A DNA stretch of 64,000 bases, taken from contig OY771587.1 of assembly GCA_963674825.1 (NCBI GenBank), positions 2,208,001 through 2,272,000 of the forward strand. The letters are read 5' to 3'. Below the pieces are notes generated by a model that saw nothing but the letters and a program-made list of their open reading frames with translations, was not told the DNA's origin and did no database searches. The position numbers and the translations under genes are program-made. Origin of the DNA: Candidatus Cloacimonadales bacterium (GTDB lineage Bacteria > Cloacimonadota > Cloacimonadia > Cloacimonadales > JAIOQZ01). This document shows, one piece after another, positions 18,953 through 29,454 of this stretch. Position 1 is the stretch's first letter. Each line of letters begins with the position of its first letter.

Positions 18953-18984
18953 AAGAGGGCAGGTTGAACACCTGCCCTTTTTTT
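18953..18984 (+). terminator. Intrinsic terminator of the five-gene membrane operon
   Basis: AGGGCAGGT-tgaac-ACCTGCCCT plus T run. Confidence 0.85.
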
Positions 18985-19068
18985 ATGCTCGATGAATTGA
19001 TCTCAAGAAAAACTTGCGTGATTCGTATCGTTGTCTATTCTTAGATCAGAACTTTCTGGAGAGTATCT

Positions 19069-20094
19069 ATGGGCCATAAACGCGTTACGCTGAAAAAGAA
19101 AAGAAAGATTAAGCGAAGCTTCGTGGATCTTTTTCTTTTCAGCCTCTTTCTATTCATAGGCGTTATTGCCGCTTCAGCATTTTTCACACTATATACCAAT
19201 GATCCGGTAAGCTATTATAGTCGGGATATAGGGAAGATGCAGGAAGAAGAAGTACCCGGAAGATACTGGCTCCGTTGGCTTTACAATGCTCCAGTAGGTA
19301 AGCTTTCACTCAAGGCGATGGTATCAAGGAAGTTCGTTTCCGATTGGTATGGTAAAATGATGGATAAACCTTCCAGCGCGAAGAAAATCCAGGAATTTAT
19401 CTCACAACTCGATATCGATATGACGCCATTCCCACGAAAAGCGAGTGAATACAAGAGCTTCAATGATTTCTTCACCCGTCGTATCGACATGCAATATCGG
19501 CCTGTTGCCAAAGGTATAAATGTGGTTACATCGCCAGCTGACGGTAAGGTACTCGGATTTTCCAATATCACAACAGACCGTAAATTCCCAATCAAGGGCT
19601 TCGATCATGATCTGGCATCATTACTTGATAACCCGACACTGGCTGCACAATACGAAAACGGTTCCATGCTGATCTTTCGCCTTACTCCCGCAGATTACCA
19701 CCGATTCCATTTCCCCATTGATGGCACTCCAGGTGAGACCCGAAAGATTGATGGTAAATACTACTCGGTTTCACCGTTGGCACTTGCTAAAATGGCACGA
19801 ACATTCAGCGAAAACAAGCGCGAATATTGCTTGATCCAGAGCGAGCGTTACGGACAGGTGGTCATGATGGAAGTTGGGTCCACGCTAACGGGCGGAATTC
19901 ACCAGGACTACGTTCCCGGAAAGCCCGTGGCTAAAGGTGAAGAAAAGGGTTACTTCTTCTTCGGTGGCTCGACCGTCATCCTGTTGTTCGAACCGGGAAA
20001 GATTACGATCGATGCCGATATTCGTGAATGGTCGGAGCTGCGCATCGAAACATCTGTCAGAATGGGACAGCGCATAGCAGTGCTGAGAAGATAA
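19069..20094 (+). CDS. psd: Phosphatidylserine decarboxylase proenzyme
   Basis: SFNDFFTR, SPADG, RL.P.DYHRFH, ENKR and FFFGGST self-cleavage motif. Confidence 0.93.
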   Translation: MGHKRVTLKKKRKIKRSFVDLFLFSLFLFIGVIAASAFFTLYTNDPVSYYSRDIGKMQEEEVPGRYWLRWLYNAPVGKLSLKAMVSRKFVSDWYGKMMDKPSSAKKIQEFISQLDIDMTPFPRKASEYKSFNDFFTRRIDMQYRPVAKGINVVTSPADGKVLGFSNITTDRKFPIKGFDHDLASLLDNPTLAAQYENGSMLIFRLTPADYHRFHFPIDGTPGETRKIDGKYYSVSPLALAKMARTFSENKREYCLIQSERYGQVVMMEVGSTLTGGIHQDYVPGKPVAKGEEKGYFFFGGSTVILLFEPGKITIDADIREWSELRIETSVRMGQRIAVLRR

Positions 20095-20132
20095 TCTGTT
20101 TACAGCTATTTTCTAACGAACGACTAACCTGT

Positions 20133-20333
20133 CTATAACAATTGAGTTACAATATATAATATTGCGGATATAAATGCGATTAACAGTATAAGTCCCAACG
20201 CTTTCCCGAATACTTGAGTAAAATGCTCCGTATTCATGGAGAACGGTCTGTTCTGGTACATGTCCGACGAATGTTTACTATGCCTGCGATGCTTGCTTTT
20301 GTGACGTTTTTTCTTAACGATAACTTTTTCCAT
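20133..20333 (-). CDS. Small hypothetical membrane protein
   Basis: 66 aa; GAGGG RBS; basic K/R/H-rich N-terminus and one C-terminal TM helix. Confidence 0.55.
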   Translation of the reverse strand: MEKVIVKKKRHKSKHRRHSKHSSDMYQNRPFSMNTEHFTQVFGKALGLILLIAFISAILYIVTQLL

Positions 20334-20595
20334 GTATTCCCCTCATATTACAATAATCTAAAAATACGAAGGTTTATTGCAAGATATAAATCCTATTCAG
20401 ATTATGTATTACGCATTTTTCTTACAATCTAGCGCGAATCTTGCTATTGAACGCGGAGGTCCTGTAGGTTTTTGGAGCAAAATCCGGAATCTTCAGGCGT
20501 CCGCACCCCATCATCCTTTATCCATGAAATCGACATTCAGAAGATGACTTCAGGAGACCAGAGGAAAAGGCAGGCGCAGGGATCGGCCTTTGAAG

Positions 20596-20625
20596 AAAAA
20601 ACCCGGACTATGTAGGTCCGGGTTT
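20596..20625 (-). terminator. Intrinsic terminator after C10 peptidase
   Basis: Minus strand AAACCCGGAC-ctacata-GTCCGGGTTT plus T run. Confidence 0.8.
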
Positions 20626-20647
20626 GGATAGTATTCGATTGCTCCGA

Positions 20648-23600
20648 CTATTTCAGAAGGATCATTTTCTTGGTAGCTGTGTACCGTCCTGCTTTCATCT
20701 TGTAGAAGTAGATGCCACTTCCTACAGGTTTACCGTCATTGTCTTCACCGGTCCATCGTACATTGTGGTTGCCGATCTCGCGATGTTCGTTGAGCAGAGT
20801 CTTGACCAACTGTCCTTTGAGGTTGAAAACCTCGATGGTGACATCGGCTGCTTTTTCCAGCGAGAAGTCAATTTGGGTCACCGGATTAAACGGATTCGGA
20901 TGATTTCCCATCAACATGGTCGTGACACCAGGAACGTCGTTCTGGTCGTTGTCTACAACGGTCGCCATATTGGACATTCCGGACTCAAAATTACCTTCGT
21001 AAACAGCGGTGATGAAGTATTGATACACGCCACCAGGAACGTTATAGTCAATATAACCTGTGATGCCAGGATTATTCTGTGTATCGATGATGATGTAGTC
21101 GCGATAGATATTGTAGCGAATGATCTCGGGTCGGTTGCGGTCTGTGCGGGTGTTTGGCATGGCTGCGGAAAGGCGTGCGATTCCATCGTTTTTCAGCGAT
21201 CGATCGCTTGTTGCGAAGCGCGGCTCGCCAAGTGAACGCACTGGAGAGCTGACGAAGACATCGTCGAGTTTCAGCCAGTACATGTCGGTCACTTCATTAT
21301 GCACGAATGCGATATAGACGGTTTCACCCGCGTAATCACTCAGATCGAGATAAACCTGATGCCAGTTATCGTTCTGGAGTGTCTCTTCATAGATCAGCTC
21401 AGTGAAATCAATCATCTGGCTGCTGGAAGTTGAGAGACGGACTTCCAGGTGCTCCGCTGGCCAGGAAGCGTCCTGTGCCGAGATATAGAAAGCCATATAA
21501 GCGTTATCGTAAAGGTTAACAGCGGGTGTGACCAGCCAGTTATTGGGCGTGAGCGCGCCAATTTCGTTGATGTACGACGCCGAAGCCATGCAGAAGTCTC
21601 CCGAATTGGGTGTGAAGCCGTTCGGCGCGATTTCCCAGCATATTTCGTCACCATCTGCGTCATAGACCTGCCAGTTGGCTGGAAGATACCCATCTTCGAA
21701 ACCTTCTTCGATGAAATCGACAGCTTCAACATCGCCACCGTTGGGAGCATCCCAGTCAAGGTGGACATCGTCGCCTATGATGTTGTAGGTCAGATTTACT
21801 GGTGCAGGGTAGTTTCCGGAGATGAGAACTGTAGCTGTATTGGAAGGGATCGATTCGTCGCTTCCGTTGTAAACAGCGGTTACCCAGTAGGTGAATTCAC
21901 CGTCTTCAAGGCCTTCGTCGGTCCATGTAAGGGTATTGGTACCGTTGATTTGCTGAACGACATTCCCATCACGATAGATTTTATATCCGGTGAGGTCGCG
22001 ATCAGTACGGGTAGCACCTTGAGAAAGAATGCGTCCGTAACTGGCGTAACCAACGATGTTCCAGTTGTAGTCGAGGCTGGGATATTCCGTTGCAAGGGAA
22101 GTCCAGCCACCAAGATTAATGAGGTCGCCTTTCCAAAGCACAGCAGGGCCTTCCGCACAACCAGCGGGATGATCACCCTGTGTATCGCAGTTGTAGCCGA
22201 ACCACAGTTCTTCAGAAGAATCGATCGTCACAGGGTCGTCGAGTACGACGGTGTTCCATGTGTTGATGACGACATTGGTGACTTCCTGCTCGGCGACGAG
22301 GTCGCCGTCTGAAGCACTAGAGCCGTTACAGCTTCCGCCAGTCCACACTTTGATTGTGTAATCACAATCTTCGTAGCGTGGGAAAAAGGAGACTTCGGTG
22401 AGTGAGAGTCCATTGAAGGATGCCAGATCGTCAGTATCGAAGCGGATAGCGACATCAAAATCCGCAGCTGCATTAGTTCCGATACCATTGTAATTGATTC
22501 CATCATCCCAGCGCAGTTCGCCCGGTTCGCCGGTGGGCGCTTGCCAGGTGAGTTCAACATCCACATCGTTGACAACAGTAGCCGTGAGGTTGGTTGGTGG
22601 GTCGCCGTCAGAAGGTCCATCGGAAGGTTCGATTCCAATCAGCGCTTCCTGATCATCGGTGAAATCGTAGTATCCAGGGCTGAGGTCGTTCAGATAATAA
22701 TAACCATTGTAGCTTCCGCTCCAGCCGAAGTTGAAGTGGAAATAGGATGATCCCTGATAACCATCCAGAACGAATGCGTGACCGTAATCGCCGTATCCAG
22801 CATAAAACACTGGATGACCATCATCGAGTTCGCTGATCATGAGGTTGTTCCAGACCGCATCTGAATAGCTATCTTTGTGAACCAGTTGGATGCTGTTTTG
22901 GTAACCGAAGTATGTGGGAAAAGCATACTGGGTGTCGAGTGAGTTCGAACCAGAGCCATCAGGACTGTAGTCCATATCGACAGCAACGCCGCAATGGAAA
23001 AGAAGCTCTGCGATGTCTGAGTCGTAGGATGAGATCGAGTTGGGCATGCTGCTCCAGTTGTAGGTAGTGCTGCCAAAATCTGCGGATATCGTGCCGTAAT
23101 CGGGGTGATTGTAGGAGTGGGTTCCGGTTCCTGTTTCCGGGTGCTGCCAATAGCGCATAATCTGCCCCATGGTGGTTGCACCGCAACCAGCATACACGTG
23201 TCCGCCAGGACCGCTCGCGTCGTTGGGACAGTCACCGTTATAAGGATAGTCCTGATTCCAGATCGTGGTAACCAGCGGTGATACATCGCGCGTGAACTCG
23301 AAGTTGGAGAAGTTGTTCGAAAGCATCTGCTCCCAGATCGCGATCGTCTCCTCATTTCCGGTATTCGCGGCACGGATCGCTTCGATTTGTTTGATGTACA
23401 TGTCTGACAACCATTTAGCGCCGGGCTGATTAGCATCTTGTGGTGCGGAGTCAGTTGTCGAGTATGCGAGAACTGGATAGGACGCGTCGTCGGCTGCGAC
23501 TATTACGAATCCGCCTTCAGCGTAATTGAACACATATACTGCCGGATTTTGTGCATCGGGGCTGGAGAATGCATTGCTCAGAGAATAATTGGTGTGTCCA

Positions 23601-23716
23601 CTGCGATTTATATACCAGTTATTGGCAAGTTCGCGAGCGGTCTGCATGGTTACCGGTTCCGCAAGAAGCGTTACGAATAACGACAGCAGAATCAGCATAG
23701 GTACCATCTTTTTCAT
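20648..23716 (-). CDS. Secreted C10-family (streptopain-like) cysteine protease with prodomain, Fn3/adhesin-like domains and C-terminal sorting domain
   Basis: GGFVIVAADD prodomain; WNQDYPYN; AGCGAT (Cys); GHAFVLDGY (His); HFNFGW; NHPNPFNP...KKMILLK. Confidence 0.92.
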   Translation of the reverse strand: MKKMVPMLILLSLFVTLLAEPVTMQTARELANNWYINRSGHTNYSLSNAFSSPDAQNPAVYVFNYAEGGFVIVAADDASYPVLAYSTTDSAPQDANQPGAKWLSDMYIKQIEAIRAANTGNEETIAIWEQMLSNNFSNFEFTRDVSPLVTTIWNQDYPYNGDCPNDASGPGGHVYAGCGATTMGQIMRYWQHPETGTGTHSYNHPDYGTISADFGSTTYNWSSMPNSISSYDSDIAELLFHCGVAVDMDYSPDGSGSNSLDTQYAFPTYFGYQNSIQLVHKDSYSDAVWNNLMISELDDGHPVFYAGYGDYGHAFVLDGYQGSSYFHFNFGWSGSYNGYYYLNDLSPGYYDFTDDQEALIGIEPSDGPSDGDPPTNLTATVVNDVDVELTWQAPTGEPGELRWDDGINYNGIGTNAAADFDVAIRFDTDDLASFNGLSLTEVSFFPRYEDCDYTIKVWTGGSCNGSSASDGDLVAEQEVTNVVINTWNTVVLDDPVTIDSSEELWFGYNCDTQGDHPAGCAEGPAVLWKGDLINLGGWTSLATEYPSLDYNWNIVGYASYGRILSQGATRTDRDLTGYKIYRDGNVVQQINGTNTLTWTDEGLEDGEFTYWVTAVYNGSDESIPSNTATVLISGNYPAPVNLTYNIIGDDVHLDWDAPNGGDVEAVDFIEEGFEDGYLPANWQVYDADGDEICWEIAPNGFTPNSGDFCMASASYINEIGALTPNNWLVTPAVNLYDNAYMAFYISAQDASWPAEHLEVRLSTSSSQMIDFTELIYEETLQNDNWHQVYLDLSDYAGETVYIAFVHNEVTDMYWLKLDDVFVSSPVRSLGEPRFATSDRSLKNDGIARLSAAMPNTRTDRNRPEIIRYNIYRDYIIIDTQNNPGITGYIDYNVPGGVYQYFITAVYEGNFESGMSNMATVVDNDQNDVPGVTTMLMGNHPNPFNPVTQIDFSLEKAADVTIEVFNLKGQLVKTLLNEHREIGNHNVRWTGEDNDGKPVGSGIYFYKMKAGRYTATKKMILLK

Positions 23717-23951
23717 ACAGTTAACTCCTTATTTATTATTTATATGAATCTTTAAGTTCAATGTCTGTAATAATGACATGCATGGATCATTCCGTCAATC
23801 AAAAAAGTTTGAATAATAGGTCGGAAAACGAAATATTGAGGAAGATTCGTTTTTTTTGGGGAGAGGATTCCTTGGCGAGAGTGTCGATCCCGTTATTTGC
23901 GCCTTGCATAGCTGATGATAGATTATATACCATAGCTTCGACCGATATAGA

Positions 23952-23982
23952 AAAACCGCTCCCGAATATGTTCCGGGAGCGG
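23952..23982 (-). terminator. Intrinsic terminator after C25 peptidase
   Basis: CCGCTCCCG / CGGGAGCGG stem with T run on the minus strand. Confidence 0.75.
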
Positions 23983-24007
23983 CGTATATTGTATTAGCAG
24001 GTATTTA

Positions 24008-27000
24008 TTACTTCAGAAGAAGCATCTTGCGTACAGATGTGTAATCTCCCGCTTCGAGCTTGTAGAAGTAGACACCGGAAGAAACACTCTTTCCTGCGTC
24101 GTTCTTACCAAGCCAGCGAACCGAGTGCGGACCTGCTTTCAGTTTATCGTTAACCAGCGTGCGAACCCGTTGTCCCTTGATGTTGTAAACAACAAGCACT
24201 GCCTTCTCGTCATTGGCAAGCGAGAAGCGGATCGTTGTTTCAGGATTGAAGGGATTGGGGAAGTTGCTGCCGAGATTGTTTACGTACACCGGCACATCAC
24301 CATTGTTGACGCCATGCGGGAACCAGTCAACAGAGGATACGTGATTGGTTGTATCGCTAACGCCTGTAGCATATACGGCTTGCACATAGTACTGATGATC
24401 GCGTGTGGTGTCGATCACTTCAGAGTAGGTCATTTCTTCAGTTGATGCGAGCTCGATGAACGATCCAGTAGCGATCTGACGGTAGATATTGAAATGCAGG
24501 AAGTCAACGCGTTCATCCCTCTGTTCTCCACGATCCTCATCGGTGTTGTATTCCCAGTCGAGGACGATGGTGTCGTCTTCCATGACATAGGAGAGGTCGT
24601 ATGGCGGTGTGAAGTAGCTGAGGTTGAAGTCGTAGTCTTCGAGTGCATCGCCGAATTCCAGATCAAGATCGTTATAGGATGCCGATTCGAAGAAATAGCA
24701 TGCTCCTGTGAGTTCTTCGTAGGGTGACGGCGAGACATAAACCATGTAAAATCCGGTTGTGTCCGGATGCACCGCGAAATCCCCAATCGATACAGTCGCG
24801 GTCTCTGGCCCGATTAATTCGTTATCAAGTGTGACGACACCGGATATCGACGCGGAATTGCCAAGAATCGCGTTCAAGACGATGTCATCGATGAACCAGT
24901 AGTTGATATTGAACGAATTACCCGAGAGGTACCAGCCGAACTGAATATTGGTTGTGTTGACCATTTCCATCGGAATATCTACGTTAATCGTTTCAGGAGG
25001 TATGCTACCGGAGGGTGTAACTTCCCAAATAGTGGTCCAGTTATATGAATCGGATCTCATAGCTAGCCCGAGACTGTACTCGCTACCGCTATAGTCGTTC
25101 AGGCTGTGTTTGAACTGGATTGAAACGTTGGTTGCGCCAATCAGATTCATCGAATGTGTGGTCAGGTGGGAAATCCCATTGAAAGAGGGAGACCAATTGA
25201 GTTTGGCCTCAGGAGCGGTACCACCTGCATTATTAGAATTAGATGAGGTCCAGTTCTCAGAATGTTCGTCAATTGACCAACCTTCCGGGAGCCATGTGCT
25301 GAAATCTTCTTCCAGGATTTCCGGTGCCAGTCCTGAACCGATCGCCAGGTTAAACTGCACGGCATCCATGTTGTCTGCCGTTACATCGAGATCAAATGGA
25401 ATGACCGTTTCGGATGGCGTTGCACTGGATATATCGATCGTATAAGAGACCTGGATTGCCGAACCAGCTTTGATCGTGCCGTAACTCTGTTCCGGAGTAA
25501 GAATGTCAGCGTACCCACTATTGGTACTCATTGCACCAAAGACATTGAGAGCATCGATTTCGCTCGGATTTTCGATCATGATGGCGAAAACAATCGTCTC
25601 ACCAGCGTCGGCGTTACCGTTGCCATTGCCTTCGGAATCGTTAAGAAGACACAGCGAGACATTCAATTGCGGTTTGCGTACTATCCTCGAGAAATCGTAT
25701 GACCATACGTAACCGGTACAATCGATATCGAGCGTGAAAGCCATTACGTGATCTGCTGGTGCATCGGGGCTTAGGCTGAGTGAGAAATAGGTATCACCGT
25801 AAGCGCTATATCCACCTTCAATATCCGGAAAGAAAGAACCGGTTGACGTGATGTCAACATATGGATCGCTGGAAGAGAGGGTGGCATGAACATTTGTCGC
25901 GTCGCCCTGTCCTACGTTGTTCAGGAGGATGCCGAAGTTAACGGTCTCACCAGGCTCGATAATCCCGTTGCCGTTTGTCTCAGCCATGAGAATATCACCC
26001 ATCGTGAGGTAGGGGTTCTCGAGGCTGAGCGGAACTCCGGTAAACAGGATTGCCGTTCCATTGCTGAGCGGCATGGCTGCTGTCGGGTATTCATTATCAT
26101 AGGAGTATTGCAGACCAAGCAGGCCTGTTCCGTCTTCCAAGCCGATCGTACAATAGTTACCCTGGCTTCCACCGTTTGAATTGTTACCATCGACATTGTT
26201 GAATGTATGATACTGGATCTTGATCTCACCGTTACCGGAATTCGTTGGGTAAAACGCTGGATCGAAAAGAATAACCTCGAAGGTTTCTGTTGAGTAATCA
26301 GCGGAGTTTCGGCAGTTTGACCATTCGATAACAAAGTAATTCTCTGTAACGTCATAATATGTGAAGATACTGCCATCACCGGTTTGAAGATCATCCCAGA
26401 AAGCGGCGATCATCGGATTGGGACCCATTGGGCCAGGAATCGGGAAGTTGCGGAACGTGACCTGTTCGGTTTCTCCCATGGTGATCCAGCCATTTGAGCT
26501 GATGGTAATCTGGTCGTAGAGTTCGCCGTAGAAGCGGAAGGTAAACGGGAGGTTCACGGTAGCGATTCCATCGACACTTTCGCCTTCAGGTGTGTCATCG
26601 TTAATCCCGGTATTGGTGCCTTGGCCGCCAAGCGAAGGATTGATCTCTATCCAATCGTAAACGGGCGCTTGGTAATAGCCCGTATCGCCACTATCGTAGC
26701 ACATATAGCCATAGGTATCCGGTCCGAGCGGATCGGTCTCTGTTACGATGCCGATCGGGATATCGAAGGTCTCGTATTCACTATATCCAGCTTCATTATA
26801 GAAGTGAATCTGAACCGGCAATGTCATGCCGGTGACCACCGTTGATAACGCGGTCACGACAAATCCGTCCGTGTTGCATGAAGCTGAATGGTTTACAGTG
26901 ATGTCTCCGAAATATGCCGCGGAATCCCCGATTTCGAGCTTACTGCTGAGCGCTGTGAGTGTAGCGTAAACATCGTCGAGATCGTTCCCGCCGTTATTCT

Positions 27001-29425
27001 TGACAGTCACGTAGAATGAGGATGTTTCACCCGGATCAAGAGCACCGTTACCGCCATCGGATACGGTCATGCCAGTCACATCCAGGTCAACACCACGGAT
27101 CGGGATCCAGAACTTCACATCGCCCTGATTCGGGATGCTGAGCGTGAATTCCACGTCGTGGAAATCGGGGCAGTCGGGATGAATGTAGAAACCGAAGTCA
27201 TCCTGGCATTCTGCCGTACCACCAACGCTAATGGTACCGAAATCTTCCTCGTCATCGGTGATGTCGATATAAGGGTCATCAGTCGAGAGCGTAGCGGTGA
27301 GGTCATTGTAAGCGGAGGTTCCGTAATTCTTGAGGTTTAGGATGAGCTCGACGGTTTCTCCGGGATTAGGATCGCCATCGTCATTACCGATCGATTCTCC
27401 ATTCGAATCGTCGTCGATATCGGTGCCGAACACCGCGATACCACCAGAAGTCTGAACGTTGAATGTGGTCAGAATAGGCAGGTAATCGGGTTTGGTGATG
27501 GTCAGGTTGACATTGCCTGTGACAGAACCGTCGAACATGAGCGTAACGTGGCCGTTCTCATCGGTGTATTCGCTGGTACAGATCGTTTCGTCGGATACAC
27601 GAGCGGTTACCCAAACGCCTTCGAGCGGTTGCGAGAAAGCATCGACTACGTCAACGTCAAGATAGCCCTGGCCTTTCGGAATTTCTGTGTCATACTCGGC
27701 AGTCATCTCGATAGGCATTCCGGCCCAGATGTCGCAAGACGGATCGCCCATGAGGTTACACCAGTGGATGAACACCTGGGTCTGCGTCCAGTTTGCATTC
27801 TGGTAGGTTTGATACATGTGCATCTCACCGCGAACCAGCGCTTCACCCATAGTTCTCATACCGTCTTCGTAGATACCGGCCCAGGTACCGCCAGAGAGGG
27901 TGTTGTTAAACTGCGTGTGGGTTCCAAGCGTTGCCATACCGATGGATGTGATCGCACCGGTTGGGGCGTTGGATGTTCCTGCACGGATAAACAACTCGGT
28001 TCGTGATGTACCTGCGAATGTGCCGGTACCACAGGTGTTGATTACTGTATTGACCAGTCTATTGTAGTTGGTCAGTGAACTGATATGGCTATCGCTGTAA
28101 CCGCTCATGCCTGCGTAGCCGCGATAATTGAACATCACGGTTCCGGCATTCATGGCGTTGTTCATCATGTTCGGTGATGGATCACCGCTGTATAGTTCTG
28201 TGAATGTGAAGTCAGGATGATTATTAAGAATCATCTCTTTGATATTCACGTTGGTGATTTCGCATGAAAGACCTGAAGGCGAAGTGTCGCCCACGAGCAG
28301 GCCCTTCTCGTAGAATTCGGGTTCGTCCATATAGACTTCCCGTTCGTAGATGTTGATCTTGGAAAGATACACCATCATATCATTGATGTTGCTGATTGAG
28401 ATACGACCGATAAACATTTCGGGAAGATAGTCGTTTCCGGCAAGAAGTGTGAATGGGTAGTCACCCTCACCGCCGTATCCACTCAGGTTTTCGGTCCAGG
28501 TGGGAATGTTGAACGTTCCGCCTACGTCGCCGACCAGAACGCAATATTCGGGAGGATATTCCGAGTCCTCATAAACATCCTGGAGGTAATTCTTGATTAA
28601 ATTGGTGGAAGTTCCCGTCTCGGCGGTCGAGGCCAGTGTGACCTTGAATCCCTTATTCCGCTTCCAATCAACAAAGCTATTGATGTATGGCTCAAGAGTA
28701 GAGTTATTGGGATAGACGACAATGATGCTGCGTTTCTGATATTCGGGGTTCTCATCGCGGATCGCTTCGTAGTTAGGGATCATTGCCTGATAGGTTTTCT
28801 CGAAGCTGCGTGAGAGTTTGCGATTGGTGAGAATTTCATTTTCGCCGTTTCCGCCTTCGTTGCGGACATTCAGCTCAACGCGCTTGAACACATGAAGCTC
28901 ACGAGTCTGCGGATTATATTGCATCGGGTTGACGGTTACGGAAGCGACACGGATATCACGCATGATCATCGGTTCGCTGATCTCTACAGATGGCAGATTC
29001 CATTGTTTGCGGCCTTCGTAAAAACCGCGTTCGATGGTGAAATCGGGTTCCGAACCATCCAGACGAATTTCCTGAGCTGGGTAAATGTCCATATCCTGAT
29101 AGACCTGCTCTTCCAGAACAGTCATATCGAGAGAGACATTGCCAGTATTCGGGATCGCGACAAAGGTACTATAGGTCGGGAGTTCGGGGTAGCCGGTTTT
29201 CATGGTATACCCGGTTGATTCCAGATTAAATCGCTGGTATGTTTTTCCGGAAATGGTGACCTGTTTGATTTCGATATCAGGTAAGTTGAATTCGAGCGTC
29301 GTACCAGTGGAGTTGGTCTCAGCTGCTTCAAACGTGATGTCGGATCTGCTTCCGTCGATCTTGCTTGGGACCGCGTAAACAATTGCCGCAATCATGATAA
29401 ATAGGAAAAAGAGGTTCTTCTTCAT
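24008..29425 (-). CDS. Secreted C25 (gingipain)-family protein with propeptide, repeated Ig-like domains and C-terminal sorting domain
   Basis: GYPELP propeptide; WKRNKGF, YCVLVGD, PEMFIGRIS, NLMGDP; repeated NG..DPGET domains; NFPNPFNP...RKMLLLK. Confidence 0.9.
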   Translation of the reverse strand: MKKNLFFLFIMIAAIVYAVPSKIDGSRSDITFEAAETNSTGTTLEFNLPDIEIKQVTISGKTYQRFNLESTGYTMKTGYPELPTYSTFVAIPNTGNVSLDMTVLEEQVYQDMDIYPAQEIRLDGSEPDFTIERGFYEGRKQWNLPSVEISEPMIMRDIRVASVTVNPMQYNPQTRELHVFKRVELNVRNEGGNGENEILTNRKLSRSFEKTYQAMIPNYEAIRDENPEYQKRSIIVVYPNNSTLEPYINSFVDWKRNKGFKVTLASTAETGTSTNLIKNYLQDVYEDSEYPPEYCVLVGDVGGTFNIPTWTENLSGYGGEGDYPFTLLAGNDYLPEMFIGRISISNINDMMVYLSKINIYEREVYMDEPEFYEKGLLVGDTSPSGLSCEITNVNIKEMILNNHPDFTFTELYSGDPSPNMMNNAMNAGTVMFNYRGYAGMSGYSDSHISSLTNYNRLVNTVINTCGTGTFAGTSRTELFIRAGTSNAPTGAITSIGMATLGTHTQFNNTLSGGTWAGIYEDGMRTMGEALVRGEMHMYQTYQNANWTQTQVFIHWCNLMGDPSCDIWAGMPIEMTAEYDTEIPKGQGYLDVDVVDAFSQPLEGVWVTARVSDETICTSEYTDENGHVTLMFDGSVTGNVNLTITKPDYLPILTTFNVQTSGGIAVFGTDIDDDSNGESIGNDDGDPNPGETVELILNLKNYGTSAYNDLTATLSTDDPYIDITDDEEDFGTISVGGTAECQDDFGFYIHPDCPDFHDVEFTLSIPNQGDVKFWIPIRGVDLDVTGMTVSDGGNGALDPGETSSFYVTVKNNGGNDLDDVYATLTALSSKLEIGDSAAYFGDITVNHSASCNTDGFVVTALSTVVTGMTLPVQIHFYNEAGYSEYETFDIPIGIVTETDPLGPDTYGYMCYDSGDTGYYQAPVYDWIEINPSLGGQGTNTGINDDTPEGESVDGIATVNLPFTFRFYGELYDQITISSNGWITMGETEQVTFRNFPIPGPMGPNPMIAAFWDDLQTGDGSIFTYYDVTENYFVIEWSNCRNSADYSTETFEVILFDPAFYPTNSGNGEIKIQYHTFNNVDGNNSNGGSQGNYCTIGLEDGTGLLGLQYSYDNEYPTAAMPLSNGTAILFTGVPLSLENPYLTMGDILMAETNGNGIIEPGETVNFGILLNNVGQGDATNVHATLSSSDPYVDITSTGSFFPDIEGGYSAYGDTYFSLSLSPDAPADHVMAFTLDIDCTGYVWSYDFSRIVRKPQLNVSLCLLNDSEGNGNGNADAGETIVFAIMIENPSEIDALNVFGAMSTNSGYADILTPEQSYGTIKAGSAIQVSYTIDISSATPSETVIPFDLDVTADNMDAVQFNLAIGSGLAPEILEEDFSTWLPEGWSIDEHSENWTSSNSNNAGGTAPEAKLNWSPSFNGISHLTTHSMNLIGATNVSIQFKHSLNDYSGSEYSLGLAMRSDSYNWTTIWEVTPSGSIPPETINVDIPMEMVNTTNIQFGWYLSGNSFNINYWFIDDIVLNAILGNSASISGVVTLDNELIGPETATVSIGDFAVHPDTTGFYMVYVSPSPYEELTGACYFFESASYNDLDLEFGDALEDYDFNLSYFTPPYDLSYVMEDDTIVLDWEYNTDEDRGEQRDERVDFLHFNIYRQIATGSFIELASTEEMTYSEVIDTTRDHQYYVQAVYATGVSDTTNHVSSVDWFPHGVNNGDVPVYVNNLGSNFPNPFNPETTIRFSLANDEKAVLVVYNIKGQRVRTLVNDKLKAGPHSVRWLGKNDAGKSVSSGVYFYKLEAGDYTSVRKMLLLK

Positions 29426-29454
29426 ATTTCCTGCTCCAGGTTCAAGGTGTAAGG

